From: Planctomycetota bacterium | GTDB lineage: Bacteria > Planctomycetota > GCA-002687715 | Assembly (NCBI GenBank): GCA_013213915.1 | Contig: JABSRK010000007.1 | Coordinates: 1 to 33,428, forward strand | Reading direction: 5' to 3' | Length of the DNA stretch: 33,428 nt | In this document: piece by piece, positions 20,135 through 29,090 of the stretch | Layout of the letters: the number at the start of each line of letters is the position of its first letter | How positions within the stretch are numbered: the stretch's first letter is position 1 | Program-made: the position numbers and the translations under genes | Notes under the pieces: model-generated | The model's input: the letters and a program-made list of their open reading frames with translations, nothing else | What the model was told of the DNA's origin: nothing | Databases searched by the model: none

Positions 20135-21349
20135 TCAGCCACGCTTCGCCTGCAGATTTTCGTCCAGCTTCGCCAGGAAATCCTGGGTGTTGAGGAACTG
20201 GGTATCCCCCCCCACCAGCAGCGCCAGGTCCTTGGTCATGTGACCCGACTCGACGGTCTCAACGCAAACGGCTTCCAGATCGGCCGCGAACTCCTGTAGC
20301 TCGAGGTTGCCGTCCTGACGCCCTCGGTAGGCGAGGCCGCGCGTCCACGCGAAGATCGAGGCGATGGGGTTGGTCGAGGTCTGGTTGCCCTTCTGATGCT
20401 CGCGATAGTGCCGCGTGACGGTGCCGTGCGCGGCCTCGGCTTCGACACAGTTGCCGTCCGGCGTCATGAGCACGGACGTCATCAGGCCCAGGGAGCCGAA
20501 GCCCTGCGCAACGGTGTCCGACTGCACGTCGCCGTCGTAATTCTTGCACGCCCAGATGAACCCGCCGCTCCACTTCATGACCTGCGCGACCATGTCGTCG
20601 ATGAGCCGGTGCTCGTACGTGATTCCCACATCCTCGAACGCGGGCCGGAACTCGGCGTCGAAGACATCCTGGAAGATGTCCTTGAAGCGACCGTCGTACC
20701 GCTTGAGGATCGTGTTCTTCGTGGACAGGTAGACGGGCCACTGCCGCTGGATCCCGTAATTCAGGCACGCACGCGCGAAGCCGCGGATGGACTCGTCCAG
20801 GTTGTACATGCCCATGGCGATGCCGGGCTCACTGAAGTCCATGACCTCGTAGGTCTGCGGGTCAGTCCCGTCCGCCGGCTCAAACGTCATCGTCAGCTTC
20901 CCGGGACCGGGCACGAGAAAGTCCGTCGCCCGATACTGATCGCCATGAGCGTGACGACCGATGACCATCGTGTTCGTCCATCCCGGCACCAGCCGCGGGA
21001 CGTTCTTGCAGATGATGGGTTCGCGAAAGACCGTTCCACCCAGGATGTTGCGGATCGTACCGTTGGGAGATCGCCACATCTCCTTGAGACCGAACTCCTC
21101 GACGCGCTCCTCGTCCGGAGTAATGGTCGCGCACTTGACCCCGACTCCGTGCTCCTTGATCGCGTTGGCCGAGTCGATGGTGATCTGGTCGTCGGTCTCG
21201 TCCCGCTTCTCGATGCCGAGGTCGTAGTACAGGAGCTCGACGTCCACATACGGGAGGATCAGGCGGTCCTTTATGAACGCCCAGATGATCCGGGTCATCT
21301 CGTCGCCATCGAGCTCGACGATGGGGTTCGCAACTTTGATCTTGCTCAT
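20135..21349 (-). CDS. icd: NADP-dependent isocitrate dehydrogenase, eukaryote-like type II (about 400 aa)
   Basis: 404-aa ORF beginning [23 protein letters not shown]. It also contains [40 protein letters not shown], characteristic of the IDH1/IDH2-like subfamily. Confidence 0.95.
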   Translation of the reverse strand: MSKIKVANPIVELDGDEMTRIIWAFIKDRLILPYVDVELLYYDLGIEKRDETDDQITIDSANAIKEHGVGVKCATITPDEERVEEFGLKEMWRSPNGTIRNILGGTVFREPIICKNVPRLVPGWTNTMVIGRHAHGDQYRATDFLVPGPGKLTMTFEPADGTDPQTYEVMDFSEPGIAMGMYNLDESIRGFARACLNYGIQRQWPVYLSTKNTILKRYDGRFKDIFQDVFDAEFRPAFEDVGITYEHRLIDDMVAQVMKWSGGFIWACKNYDGDVQSDTVAQGFGSLGLMTSVLMTPDGNCVEAEAAHGTVTRHYREHQKGNQTSTNPIASIFAWTRGLAYRGRQDGNLELQEFAADLEAVCVETVESGHMTKDLALLVGGDTQFLNTQDFLAKLDENLQAKRG

Positions 21350-21446
21350 GGTTCTATGGGAGTCAGACCGTTCTTCGATGTCGATGGAGGCGGGATTCTA
21401 TCCACTGCCTGCCCCCTTCACGAGGGATCCGCTACAGAAGACCGGA

Positions 21447-22448
21447 TCACGCCAAAGACGGCGGCGGCTCGACCAGACCATCGACCAATGGGCGCAGGCT
21501 CGGCTTCGAACGGAGCGCGATGCGGGCGTGCTCCGTCAACGTCTCCGGCCCGCATCGCCCCCTCAGGACGTCCAGCAGCAACCCCAGCGCCTCGTCCTCC
21601 ACATCGTGAAACCAGCGGCCCCACGCCTTCACCATGACCTCGTTCACGTCGCCCGGATCACCCGTCGCAGCGACGCCCGACGCGGCGATCGACGGGAGCG
21701 CCAGATCGAGTGGGTACGGTATCTCGAGCAGCCATGCCCCCAGATCGGCCAGGTCTTCGGTGCGGCGTCCGTCGAGGGGTTCGATGCGCAAGCCGTCGCC
21801 GCGGGACGCCTCGGCCCCGAGCCCGCGATCCCAGACCCAGACGCTGCGGCGGTCGAGCTCCGGGAGGCCGATCCGCCGTACGACCGAATTGTCGCTACCG
21901 CCCGACCAGATCAGCGCGACGCTCTGGGGCAGTTCATCGTCGAGTAGCTCGGGGATGGTGCCGGCCCCGTCGTCGCCGGGACGCCAGCACCCCGAACGAA
22001 AAGCCTTCACCACACCCGGGAAGCGCGCCTCCACGTTACGGGCCAGATGCCCTTGCGCACGCACTTGCTTTTCGGGGTCGGCGGCCGCCTCGTCGTCGAA
22101 CAGCAGCGCTACCCCTTCAGCGCCGAGGTCTATGAGACGCTCGACGCCGTCCATCAGGCTCGCCGAATCGACGGCGTCGGGCGCGAGCCCCCACACGAAG
22201 CTCACACCGTGATCGCGCGCGACGTCGAACGTGGCGGGCCAATGAGCGGGGTCCCGCAGCATGGCCACCGGGTCGGCGTTGCGCTCGCGCAACGCCCGCG
22301 GGTCGTACACGAAGGTGTCGTACCCCCAGGTGTGCATGGCCGCGAGGAGGTAGATCCGTTCCTCCGAACGCAGCTCACCCCAGTGCCCGTCCAGCGCCTG
22401 GGTGGACGGCCAGTCAAAACCCTCGATGATCCCGATCAGCGGCGGCAT
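21447..22448 (-). CDS. GH84-like (O-GlcNAcase / beta-N-acetylglucosaminidase-like) protein, no signal peptide
   Basis: 333-aa ORF. The N-terminus IGIIEGFDWP resembles the GH84 (V/I)EGFYG start. GVALLFDDE matches the catalytic Asp-Asp context and IWSGG matches the MWTG block. This is a motif-level call only. Confidence 0.5.
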   Translation of the reverse strand: MPPLIGIIEGFDWPSTQALDGHWGELRSEERIYLLAAMHTWGYDTFVYDPRALRERNADPVAMLRDPAHWPATFDVARDHGVSFVWGLAPDAVDSASLMDGVERLIDLGAEGVALLFDDEAAADPEKQVRAQGHLARNVEARFPGVVKAFRSGCWRPGDDGAGTIPELLDDELPQSVALIWSGGSDNSVVRRIGLPELDRRSVWVWDRGLGAEASRGDGLRIEPLDGRRTEDLADLGAWLLEIPYPLDLALPSIAASGVAATGDPGDVNEVMVKAWGRWFHDVEDEALGLLLDVLRGRCGPETLTEHARIALRSKPSLRPLVDGLVEPPPSLA

Positions 22449-22627
22449 GAGCCCCCACTTTAGCCCCGGTCTTGCCGGCGCGTCTCCGATCGCGGTCCTA
22501 CGCCCGTACCCGTACGATCGGGTTCTCCTCCGGCAAGCTCCTCGGGTGGTTGTCCGAAGACCGCAGCGCTCCCACGAAAGAACCGCTAACGCCGAACGTC
22601 AAGACGATATCCATGTGGAGGATCGTG

Positions 22628-23461
22628 ATGCACGGATCGAAGATAACGCTCGCGGTGATGGTCCTGAGCCTGCCCCTCACGGCACAGAACCCCAAGCAGG
22701 AGCCGCCAACCCAAGAATACGACAGTGCCTGGGCGCTGATCAGCGCCGAGCACGACAAGAACAAGGACGGCAAGGTCTCGGCGCGTGAATATTCGCGCGG
22801 GAAGGAGCGCTTCCAACGGCTCGACCGGAACGGCGACGGATCGGTCACGGCCCAGGATTTCGTCGGCAACGATCGCCGTCGCAATCGAGGACGTAGCCAG
22901 CGTCGACGCGAGGGCCTCATCCGCGCAAGAGCCCCCAAGGCCGGAGCGATGGCGCCCGCCTTCACTCTCAAGACGGTCGATGGCAAGAAGAAGGAGCGCC
23001 TCTCATCCTACAAGGGCAAGAAACCGGTGGCGCTCATCTTCGGGAGCTACACGTGACCTCCCTTCCGCAAGTCAGCCGGTCGGCTGGCGAAGTTGTTCGA
23101 GCAGCACAAGGACGACGTGCAGTTCTTCGTCGTCTACATCAAGGAGGCGCACGCGCTCGACAGCGCCCGCCCGAGCTCCGCACGGAATCAGCCGATCGTC
23201 CAGGAGCCCCTCACCTGGAAAGAACGCTCCAAGCTGGCCCAGCAATGCACGGCCGCCCTCGAGCTCGACCACATCCCGACCCTCATCGACGAAGTCAACG
23301 ACGGCGTCGGCACCAGATACGCCGCGTGGCCGGATCGCCTCTACCTGGTCAGCAAGAACGGCCGCATCGCCTACGCCGGCGGCGCCGGACCACGGGGGTT
23401 CAAGCCGGATGAACTCGGGGAAGCCATCCAAGCGGAGTTGAGCAAGCGAAAGAAGAAGTAG
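22628..23461 (+). CDS. secreted EF-hand / iodothyronine-deiodinase-like selenoprotein (TGA 23054-23056 read as selenocysteine)
   Basis: ORFs 22472..23056 and 23093..23461 share a frame and are separated only by TGA. The read-through product is PVALIFGSYT-U-PPFRKSAGRLAKLFEQHKDDVQFFVVYIKEAHALD...YAAWPDRLYLVSKNGRIAYAGGAGPRGF, which matches the deiodinase FGS(C/A)TUPPF active site and fold. GGAGGA lies 5 nt upstream of ATG 22628. The signal peptide is MHGSKITLAVMVLSLPLTAQ. Two EF-hand loops are present (DKNKDGKVSAREY and DRNGDGSVTAQDF). Confidence 0.8.
23071..23088 (+). promoter_or_regulatory. candidate bacterial SECIS hairpin (7-bp stem, GGUC tetraloop) 14 nt downstream of the in-frame UGA
   Basis: GUCAGCC-GGUC-GGCUGGC forms six Watson-Crick pairs plus one G-U pair. 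The apical loop GGUC is the same tetraloop as in the E. coli fdhF SECIS. The loop begins 21 nt after the UGA. Confidence 0.6.
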
Positions 23462-23473
23462 GGGCGACCCCCC

Positions 23474-24091
23474 CTATTCCATCTGTACGCGACCCGAAGT
23501 GCCCTCGATCAGCGCCGAACATACGGCGCCCTCGCTGCTGCGGCGCATGGTGATGACGAATGTGGGATCGGACTCAAACGCCCGCTCAACCGCAACGACG
23601 ACGTCGGTGAAGCGGGCGAGGATGGCCTCGACGGCGCCGACGTCCACGTAGTCGCAACGAGCCGTGCGCCTCACATCGCACCAGACGGTGACATGGGGCG
23701 CCGCGTCGAGCGCGAGCCGCGCCGCCTCGTCGTACGCGCGGATGAGGCCTCCCTTGCCGAGCTTCGTACCGCCGAACCACCTCGTAACGACCACGCAGGC
23801 CTGATGAACTCCGTCACGGCGAACGGCCTCCAGGATGGGTTGCCCGGCGGTGCCAGACGGCTCGCCGTCGTCGTCGCACCGCTCGGCGGTCGAGCCCGGT
23901 GGACCGATCGTCCACGCCGAACAATGGTGGCGCGCGTCGTGGTAACGCTTGCGCACTTCCCCGAGATGCGCACGGGCCTCATCCTCCGTCGTCACGCCGA
24001 AGGCCTGGCCGATGAACCGCGACGCCTTGACCTTGATCTCGACCTCCGACCCGCGCTCGAGCGAACGGTAGCTGTCCGGCAAGTCGGTCAT
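23474..24091 (-). CDS. yigZ: YigZ / IMPACT-family protein (UPF0029)
   Basis: From ATG 24091 the product reads MTDLPDSYRSLERGSEVEIKVKASRFIG...HHCSAWTIG...DDDGEPSGTAGQPIL...VVVTRWFGGTKLGKGGLIRAY, the canonical YigZ motifs. The start overlaps the dus stop as ATGA. The upstream part of the 303-aa track ORF is not coding. Confidence 0.85.
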   Translation of the reverse strand: MTDLPDSYRSLERGSEVEIKVKASRFIGQAFGVTTEDEARAHLGEVRKRYHDARHHCSAWTIGPPGSTAERCDDDGEPSGTAGQPILEAVRRDGVHQACVVVTRWFGGTKLGKGGLIRAYDEAARLALDAAPHVTVWCDVRRTARCDYVDVGAVEAILARFTDVVVAVERAFESDPTFVITMRRSSEGAVCSALIEGTSGRVQME

Positions 24092-25068
24092 GAGATCTCG
24101 ATCTCGTCGTCCGCAGCAACCTGAAGTCGGGCCACCAGCGCCGCCGGGTCCCGCTCGCGCAACCACGAGCTCCGATCCGCGTCGGTGACCAGGCCTCCCG
24201 CTGTCCAGTAGCTCAGCAGCTGCTTGAGTCGGGCCGCGATGCCCTCGATCGTGCCGCTCCTCACCCCGCGCAGGTTGGCGGCGTACTCCAGGAGAAACCG
24301 CGCAGCGTCCTGGGAGGTCACCGCCTCCCCCGAGAAAATCCACGGATCCCCGAGCGCGGCGCGACCGACCATGACGAACGTACACCCGGTCTCGGTCTGC
24401 ATCCTGTCGATGTCGCCCGTGACGCGAACCCCGCCGTTGCCGCAGACGGGTATGGACACCGCGCCCACGGCGCGGCGGATGCGCGTCCAGTCAACCGGAT
24501 CTCGGTAGAGCTCCGCACGCGTGCGGCAGTGAACGGTCAGCATCGCCGCACCACCGGCCTCGACGGCGCGGGCGATCTCCTCGACCCCGTCGGCATCGTC
24601 CACACCCGCACGGACCTTGGCGGTCACCGGGACGCGCCCATCCACGGCCTCGACACACGCGCCGACCAACTGGGAGACCCTCGGCGGATCATCCAGTACG
24701 GCAGATCCCGCGCAGCCACGCAGCGCCCCCTTGGCCGGACAACCGAAGTTGAGGTCGATGACTGCGGCGCCCGCGGCGGCCGCGGTCGCGGCCGATGTCG
24801 CGACGAGCTCCACGTCGGCACCCATCAGCTGCACGCCGACGGGCATGGCCGAGCGCCGCGCTCCGAGGTGGCGTTGAATCACCGCAGCGGGCACGGCCTG
24901 CGACGTCACGCGCACGAATTCCGTAAAGACGCCCCCCAGTCGCTCAGGCCGGTGGCGGGTCATCACCACGTCCCTGAACGCAGGGTCCGTCACGCCCTCC
25001 ATGGGCGCGAGCAGGACCGGCGCCGTGAAGGGCAACCCGGATAGAACTCTGGGATTGATCTTGGCCAC
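24088..25068 (-). CDS. dus: tRNA-dihydrouridine synthase
   Basis: 326-aa ORF with a GTG start. It contains LLAPMEGVTDPAFRDV, IDLNFGCPA and a TIM-barrel Dus-like pattern (VTAKVRAG, LTVHCRTR, IPVCGNGG). Confidence 0.9.
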   Translation of the reverse strand: MAKINPRVLSGLPFTAPVLLAPMEGVTDPAFRDVVMTRHRPERLGGVFTEFVRVTSQAVPAAVIQRHLGARRSAMPVGVQLMGADVELVATSAATAAAAGAAVIDLNFGCPAKGALRGCAGSAVLDDPPRVSQLVGACVEAVDGRVPVTAKVRAGVDDADGVEEIARAVEAGGAAMLTVHCRTRAELYRDPVDWTRIRRAVGAVSIPVCGNGGVRVTGDIDRMQTETGCTFVMVGRAALGDPWIFSGEAVTSQDAARFLLEYAANLRGVRSGTIEGIAARLKQLLSYWTAGGLVTDADRSSWLRERDPAALVARLQVAADDEIEIS

Positions 25069-25272
25069 TGGAATACCGAAACGGCGGAGGATTTTCCCTT
25101 AAAGCGCGACGTGGGTCGCGGCCGATCTCCACATTGAGACAGCGCTGGTTCGCCCGCAAACGCGGGAGAAGCCACGGACCACGGCGCCCTTACTCATCAG
25201 ATAACCCGTAAGTAGTCATTTCGGTCCGAGGTCCCCCATCGCCTCGCTGCCACACAGAGAGGCTGACATCAT

Positions 25273-25779
25273 ATGAGCACCCGCAAATTACTCCCTCGCA
25301 CCCTTCCGGCCCTCCTCGCCCTCGTTTGTACGACGGCGAGTTTCGGCCAGGTGGCGATGACCCAGACCCTCGGTAACGGCTGGGGCGCCACAACCACGCC
25401 CGAGCTCTTCTCGACACGACCGGTCATCGGTTCGTCCATGGTCGTGGCCGCGTTCAACTGCATCCCTAACGCCGAATCGTATTTCTGCGTCAGCGCACGG
25501 CCCATGGCCGGGCCCACCGACCTGGGCAGCGGACTCTACATACAGGTCGATCTCGGGGTCTTTGATGCCTACGGACCGGTCCATACCGACGCGGTCGGGG
25601 CTCTCAGCTTCCCGGTGCACCTCGGTCTGCCGGCCAACCTGGCAGGAGAACAGGCGGTCGTGCAGATGTATGTGGTTGACCCGGTCAGCACCATCTGCGT
25701 GGCACCGCAAACCGGAACCTGCTCGCAATTCGGTTTCGAGGTCACCAACGGATTGCTGCTGACCCTGGGTCTGCAGTAG
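25273..25779 (+). CDS. small secreted hypothetical protein
   Basis: 168-aa ORF with signal peptide MSTRKLLPRTLPALLALVCTTASFGQ. Composition is beta-rich with four Cys. The C-terminus is ...GLLLTLGLQ. Its C-terminal organisation loosely resembles the protein at 8536..9324. Confidence 0.55.
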   Translation: MSTRKLLPRTLPALLALVCTTASFGQVAMTQTLGNGWGATTTPELFSTRPVIGSSMVVAAFNCIPNAESYFCVSARPMAGPTDLGSGLYIQVDLGVFDAYGPVHTDAVGALSFPVHLGLPANLAGEQAVVQMYVVDPVSTICVAPQTGTCSQFGFEVTNGLLLTLGLQ

Positions 25780-25814
25780 ATCCCCGCCACCCACCGGCCA
25801 GAGAAGGCCACGCG

Positions 25815-28800
25815 TCACTGCGGCAGCAGCCGTACGTCCTCTAGGAGGTGCGGCTGTCTGTCGTCCCGGTCCGTCTCCCACGTCTCCACCCACCTGGTCC
25901 ACGGGACGCGTACCCTCCTGAGCAGCAGGGGTTCCAGATCCCTGACCTCCTCGACCTCGTAACCTGGGCCTGGCCAGACCACGAGTCCTTGGTCGGCGAT
26001 GTCGTACGGGGGGGTCGGCGAGCCAAGCTGACTCTCCACGTCCTCGCGGACGAGCGCAACGCCGGCGGTCTGATAGAGACCGCACAGGGCATCGCGCAGC
26101 ACGGCCCGGCGACGGGCGTCGAGCACATCGAGCCAGCCGGGTACGGCGATCTGGGCGACGAGCCAACCTGACTGCTCCTCGAACGAGAGGATGAGAGGGT
26201 CGTCGCCGTCGGCGGGCGAAGTCAACGCGACGCGGATGCGGTTCGAGCCGACCTCGACGCGCCCGATCTCGATCGGCGCGGCGCCCCACGCAGCGGCCTC
26301 GGTCAGTAACGCGATCAGCTCGCGGTCGATCCAGTGCACGACGTCGTGCTCGACGTGGTGGAGGACCTCGCGCTGCTTGCGCGCGGGAATAAGTTCGCCG
26401 GTCCACTGGCTTCTGCGTTCCGCCTTGCGGAGACGAGCGTACGCCTTGGGCAGTGTCCCGGAATGAAAACCGGGCCTCATGAGACGCAAGATGGTCTCAC
26501 CGTGCCCGCCGACGATGACGGGTTTCAGCACCTTCGGACGATTGGCTTCGTACAGGCGCCAGTTCTCCTTGAATTCCCACACGAGGAAACCGAAGAAGCC
26601 GGGCAACAGCCACACCGTCGTCCAAGAGATCGAGTTGGCGACCACCCGGCCGAAGGCGGGCTCGAGCACGCCGTTCATCGCGCCGATCAGGACCGGAATG
26701 AACGACAGCATCAGCTTGTGGGACACGGTGACCACCGGGAAGTGCTTGACCGGATTCACCTGCGGCTCGATCAGCAAGTTGACGTAAACGCGGACGAGCC
26801 ACGTCACGATCCACCACACGACGCCGAGAACCGCCTTCACGGCGAGGGCGACGCGGCCCTCCCCCGCACGAAACCGCAGCCACTCGTCGACCGCATAAAG
26901 CGTGCGCTCGAGCGCGTCCAGCAGCGTGCGGAACACCCAGAGCACAAACCTCACCAGCCCGACGATGAACGTGCCCCGGAAGCGATGCCACGTTCGCCAC
27001 GCCCAATCGGTGGAGATCTCCTCGACCGCTGTCCCTACGGGAGAGTTGAGGGTGAGCTCGGACGCCACGAGCAGCCCAAGCGCCCACCTCCACCACGACG
27101 CCGCATCGACAATCCAGATAAGCGGGACCGACACGACGGCGGCGAGCGTGATCGGCTTGATGACCAGCCGCAGGGTCCACTGCCAGGCCGTTGAACGAAG
27201 AAACGCCCGCACGGCCGGGAGCGTGACCAGGTGCTGCGGCCAGATCCAGAACACGGCGCGTACGCCGCGCCCCACGCCAAACAACGCGTCAACGGTGAGT
27301 CCGCGCACACGTTGCACGTAGATCAGCCCGAGAAGGTAGATCCCGAGCGCCAGGACGGACAGGTGCCAGCGATCTACGAGATGGACCTCGGTTTCGAACA
27401 GCGCACCTACCGGGTGCAACATCTCCTGCAGACCCTTGAGGACGATGAAGGCGCCGCCGAACGGGACCGCGAGGTACCGCGCGAGCCAACGCCCGGGGCG
27501 CGTGCCGAACACCAGGGACGAGATGCGCTGGAGCCAGCGCAGGTAGACCTCGCCACGCCGATACACACCGTCCAGGGTTCGCGCCAAGCCGCGATCGACC
27601 TTCAGCAGCCGACTCGCGGACCAGAAATCCGACACGCCATGGCAGTCCCCGAGCTTCAGCTGGTTACGCGACAGGGCATCGCGCACATCACCGAGCGACA
27701 GGAAACCGCGGGTCGCGACGCGGTCAAGGAGCTCGTCCACGAGCTTGCCTCGCGCGACCCGCTCGACGACCGTCGTTGGGCGAAAGCCGGCCTCGTCGAG
27801 CAGCTGCTCGATCCCGGGACGGCACCGACGACGCAGTCGGTGCTCGGACATCTGCTCGGCATCCGTGACGAGCTTGTCGAGATCGGCGCGGTCTTGTTCC
27901 GGAAGCCTGACGGCAATCAGGCGCTTGCGCGCGGCCCGCAGATGCCGGCACATCAAGACCTCGCGCTGATGCGGCAGGACGCGCTTCAACGGTCGTCGGC
28001 CCAACGTTCGCGCCCACTCGATGAGGTCGATGGTGTGCAGCCCGCGTTCGTGGTCGACGCACACACGTTGGAGGTCGTAGAGGAGCTTAGCCTCAGGAGC
28101 GCGAAAGCCGGACGCCGCACGAGGCAACAGGCCTTGCAGCAACAACAGCCATCGATGCTCGACCTCGGTGTCGAACGCGAGCGCGGCCTTCATGCGACGC
28201 ACCAGCCGTCCGACGGAATCTGCCGCGTCCGGATCGATGCGATCCGCCGACACCGCCGCGGCCTGGAGCAGGATTGCGCCCCGCACGACATTCCCCCGCG
28301 CCTCGCGCCGCTCGGCACGGGCGACGAGCCTCTTCTGCCAGGCCTGTCCGAGACCTCGCTGCGTCTTCGCCCGCCGGCCACGCCGGGCTCGGTCCGGACG
28401 CACATCCTCCTCCACACGTGTGTCGAGGGGGTCTGGAGCACCTGCCGGACGCGTCGCCTCAAACAACGCCGCCACGTCCACATCCGCCGCGACCATTGCA
28501 CCTACCCCCTCGGCGTCGGCCGCAAGGGTCGGGAAGTAGCGCTGCAACAAGTGCGGAGCGAACGCACGCAACTCGAGGAAGGTCGCCAAGAACTCAACGT
28601 ATTCGTCGCGCTCGTTGCGCCGCTCGAACAGCAGGTCCTCGCCTTCGAGCACGGATCGGATCTCGTCGAACGCTGTCTGGCCGATATGGTCGATGCGTTC
28701 ACGGACCACGGATTGGCTCAGCCGATCGCGCGCCTCCACAGATTCGAGCGCGACGTGCAAGCGTGCGTGGAACAGGAGCCGCCACCAACGTACGAGCGCC

Positions 28801-29090
28801 TCACCGCGATCCAAGCTCGCAAGCCGTTCTCCGGAAGGACGCTCCAACAGGATCACCCGGTCGGGCAATGCCGTGCCCTTCGGGATGCCGAGCTCCCACG
28901 GCGCTGCGCACTCGAGCAAGCGGAAGCGCCTTACGACGAATCCCTTCCTGTGCGGCACCTGACCAAGCGCCCCGCGGACGCGCCGGGCGCGCTTGATGAT
29001 CCGCCGGAGAATGCGAGAACGCACCAGAAGCACAGCCGGGTCGGCGGCTCTCAGCAACTCCTGGAGTGCGTCGGGGGTCAAGGTGTCCAT
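25815..29090 (-). CDS. large (1091 aa) polytopic membrane protein of unknown function
   Basis: The ORF is unbroken, has high GC3 and begins with ATG, with an in-frame TAG three codons upstream. It has an Arg-rich helical cytoplasmic N-terminal region of about 520 aa, roughly 8-10 hydrophobic Trp-rich helices (about residues 530-860), and a soluble C-terminal domain of about 220 aa. I recognise no family motif. Confidence 0.7.
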   Translation of the reverse strand: MDTLTPDALQELLRAADPAVLLVRSRILRRIIKRARRVRGALGQVPHRKGFVVRRFRLLECAAPWELGIPKGTALPDRVILLERPSGERLASLDRGEALVRWWRLLFHARLHVALESVEARDRLSQSVVRERIDHIGQTAFDEIRSVLEGEDLLFERRNERDEYVEFLATFLELRAFAPHLLQRYFPTLAADAEGVGAMVAADVDVAALFEATRPAGAPDPLDTRVEEDVRPDRARRGRRAKTQRGLGQAWQKRLVARAERREARGNVVRGAILLQAAAVSADRIDPDAADSVGRLVRRMKAALAFDTEVEHRWLLLLQGLLPRAASGFRAPEAKLLYDLQRVCVDHERGLHTIDLIEWARTLGRRPLKRVLPHQREVLMCRHLRAARKRLIAVRLPEQDRADLDKLVTDAEQMSEHRLRRRCRPGIEQLLDEAGFRPTTVVERVARGKLVDELLDRVATRGFLSLGDVRDALSRNQLKLGDCHGVSDFWSASRLLKVDRGLARTLDGVYRRGEVYLRWLQRISSLVFGTRPGRWLARYLAVPFGGAFIVLKGLQEMLHPVGALFETEVHLVDRWHLSVLALGIYLLGLIYVQRVRGLTVDALFGVGRGVRAVFWIWPQHLVTLPAVRAFLRSTAWQWTLRLVIKPITLAAVVSVPLIWIVDAASWWRWALGLLVASELTLNSPVGTAVEEISTDWAWRTWHRFRGTFIVGLVRFVLWVFRTLLDALERTLYAVDEWLRFRAGEGRVALAVKAVLGVVWWIVTWLVRVYVNLLIEPQVNPVKHFPVVTVSHKLMLSFIPVLIGAMNGVLEPAFGRVVANSISWTTVWLLPGFFGFLVWEFKENWRLYEANRPKVLKPVIVGGHGETILRLMRPGFHSGTLPKAYARLRKAERRSQWTGELIPARKQREVLHHVEHDVVHWIDRELIALLTEAAAWGAAPIEIGRVEVGSNRIRVALTSPADGDDPLILSFEEQSGWLVAQIAVPGWLDVLDARRRAVLRDALCGLYQTAGVALVREDVESQLGSPTPPYDIADQGLVVWPGPGYEVEEVRDLEPLLLRRVRVPWTRWVETWETDRDDRQPHLLEDVRLLPQ

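Noticed and set aside
20206-20213. C8 homopolymer inside icd as a possible phase-variation tract
   Set aside because: It encodes the conserved ...LLVGGDTQF... segment in frame within an essential-type housekeeping gene. I see no reason to invoke slippage.
20396-21637. 413-aa plus-strand ORF antisense to icd
   Set aside because: It is a shadow ORF, and icd on the minus strand is unambiguous.
22472-23056. Treating 22472..23056 and 23093..23461 as two separate genes, or as a pseudogene, as the ORF track suggests
   Set aside because: They share a frame and a single TGA sits at the deiodinase catalytic position. The 36 nt between them also encode conserved family sequence (PPFRKSAGRLAK), and a SECIS-like hairpin follows. 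The first 50 or so codons of the track ORF, upstream of the GGAGGA-ATG at 22628, look non-coding.
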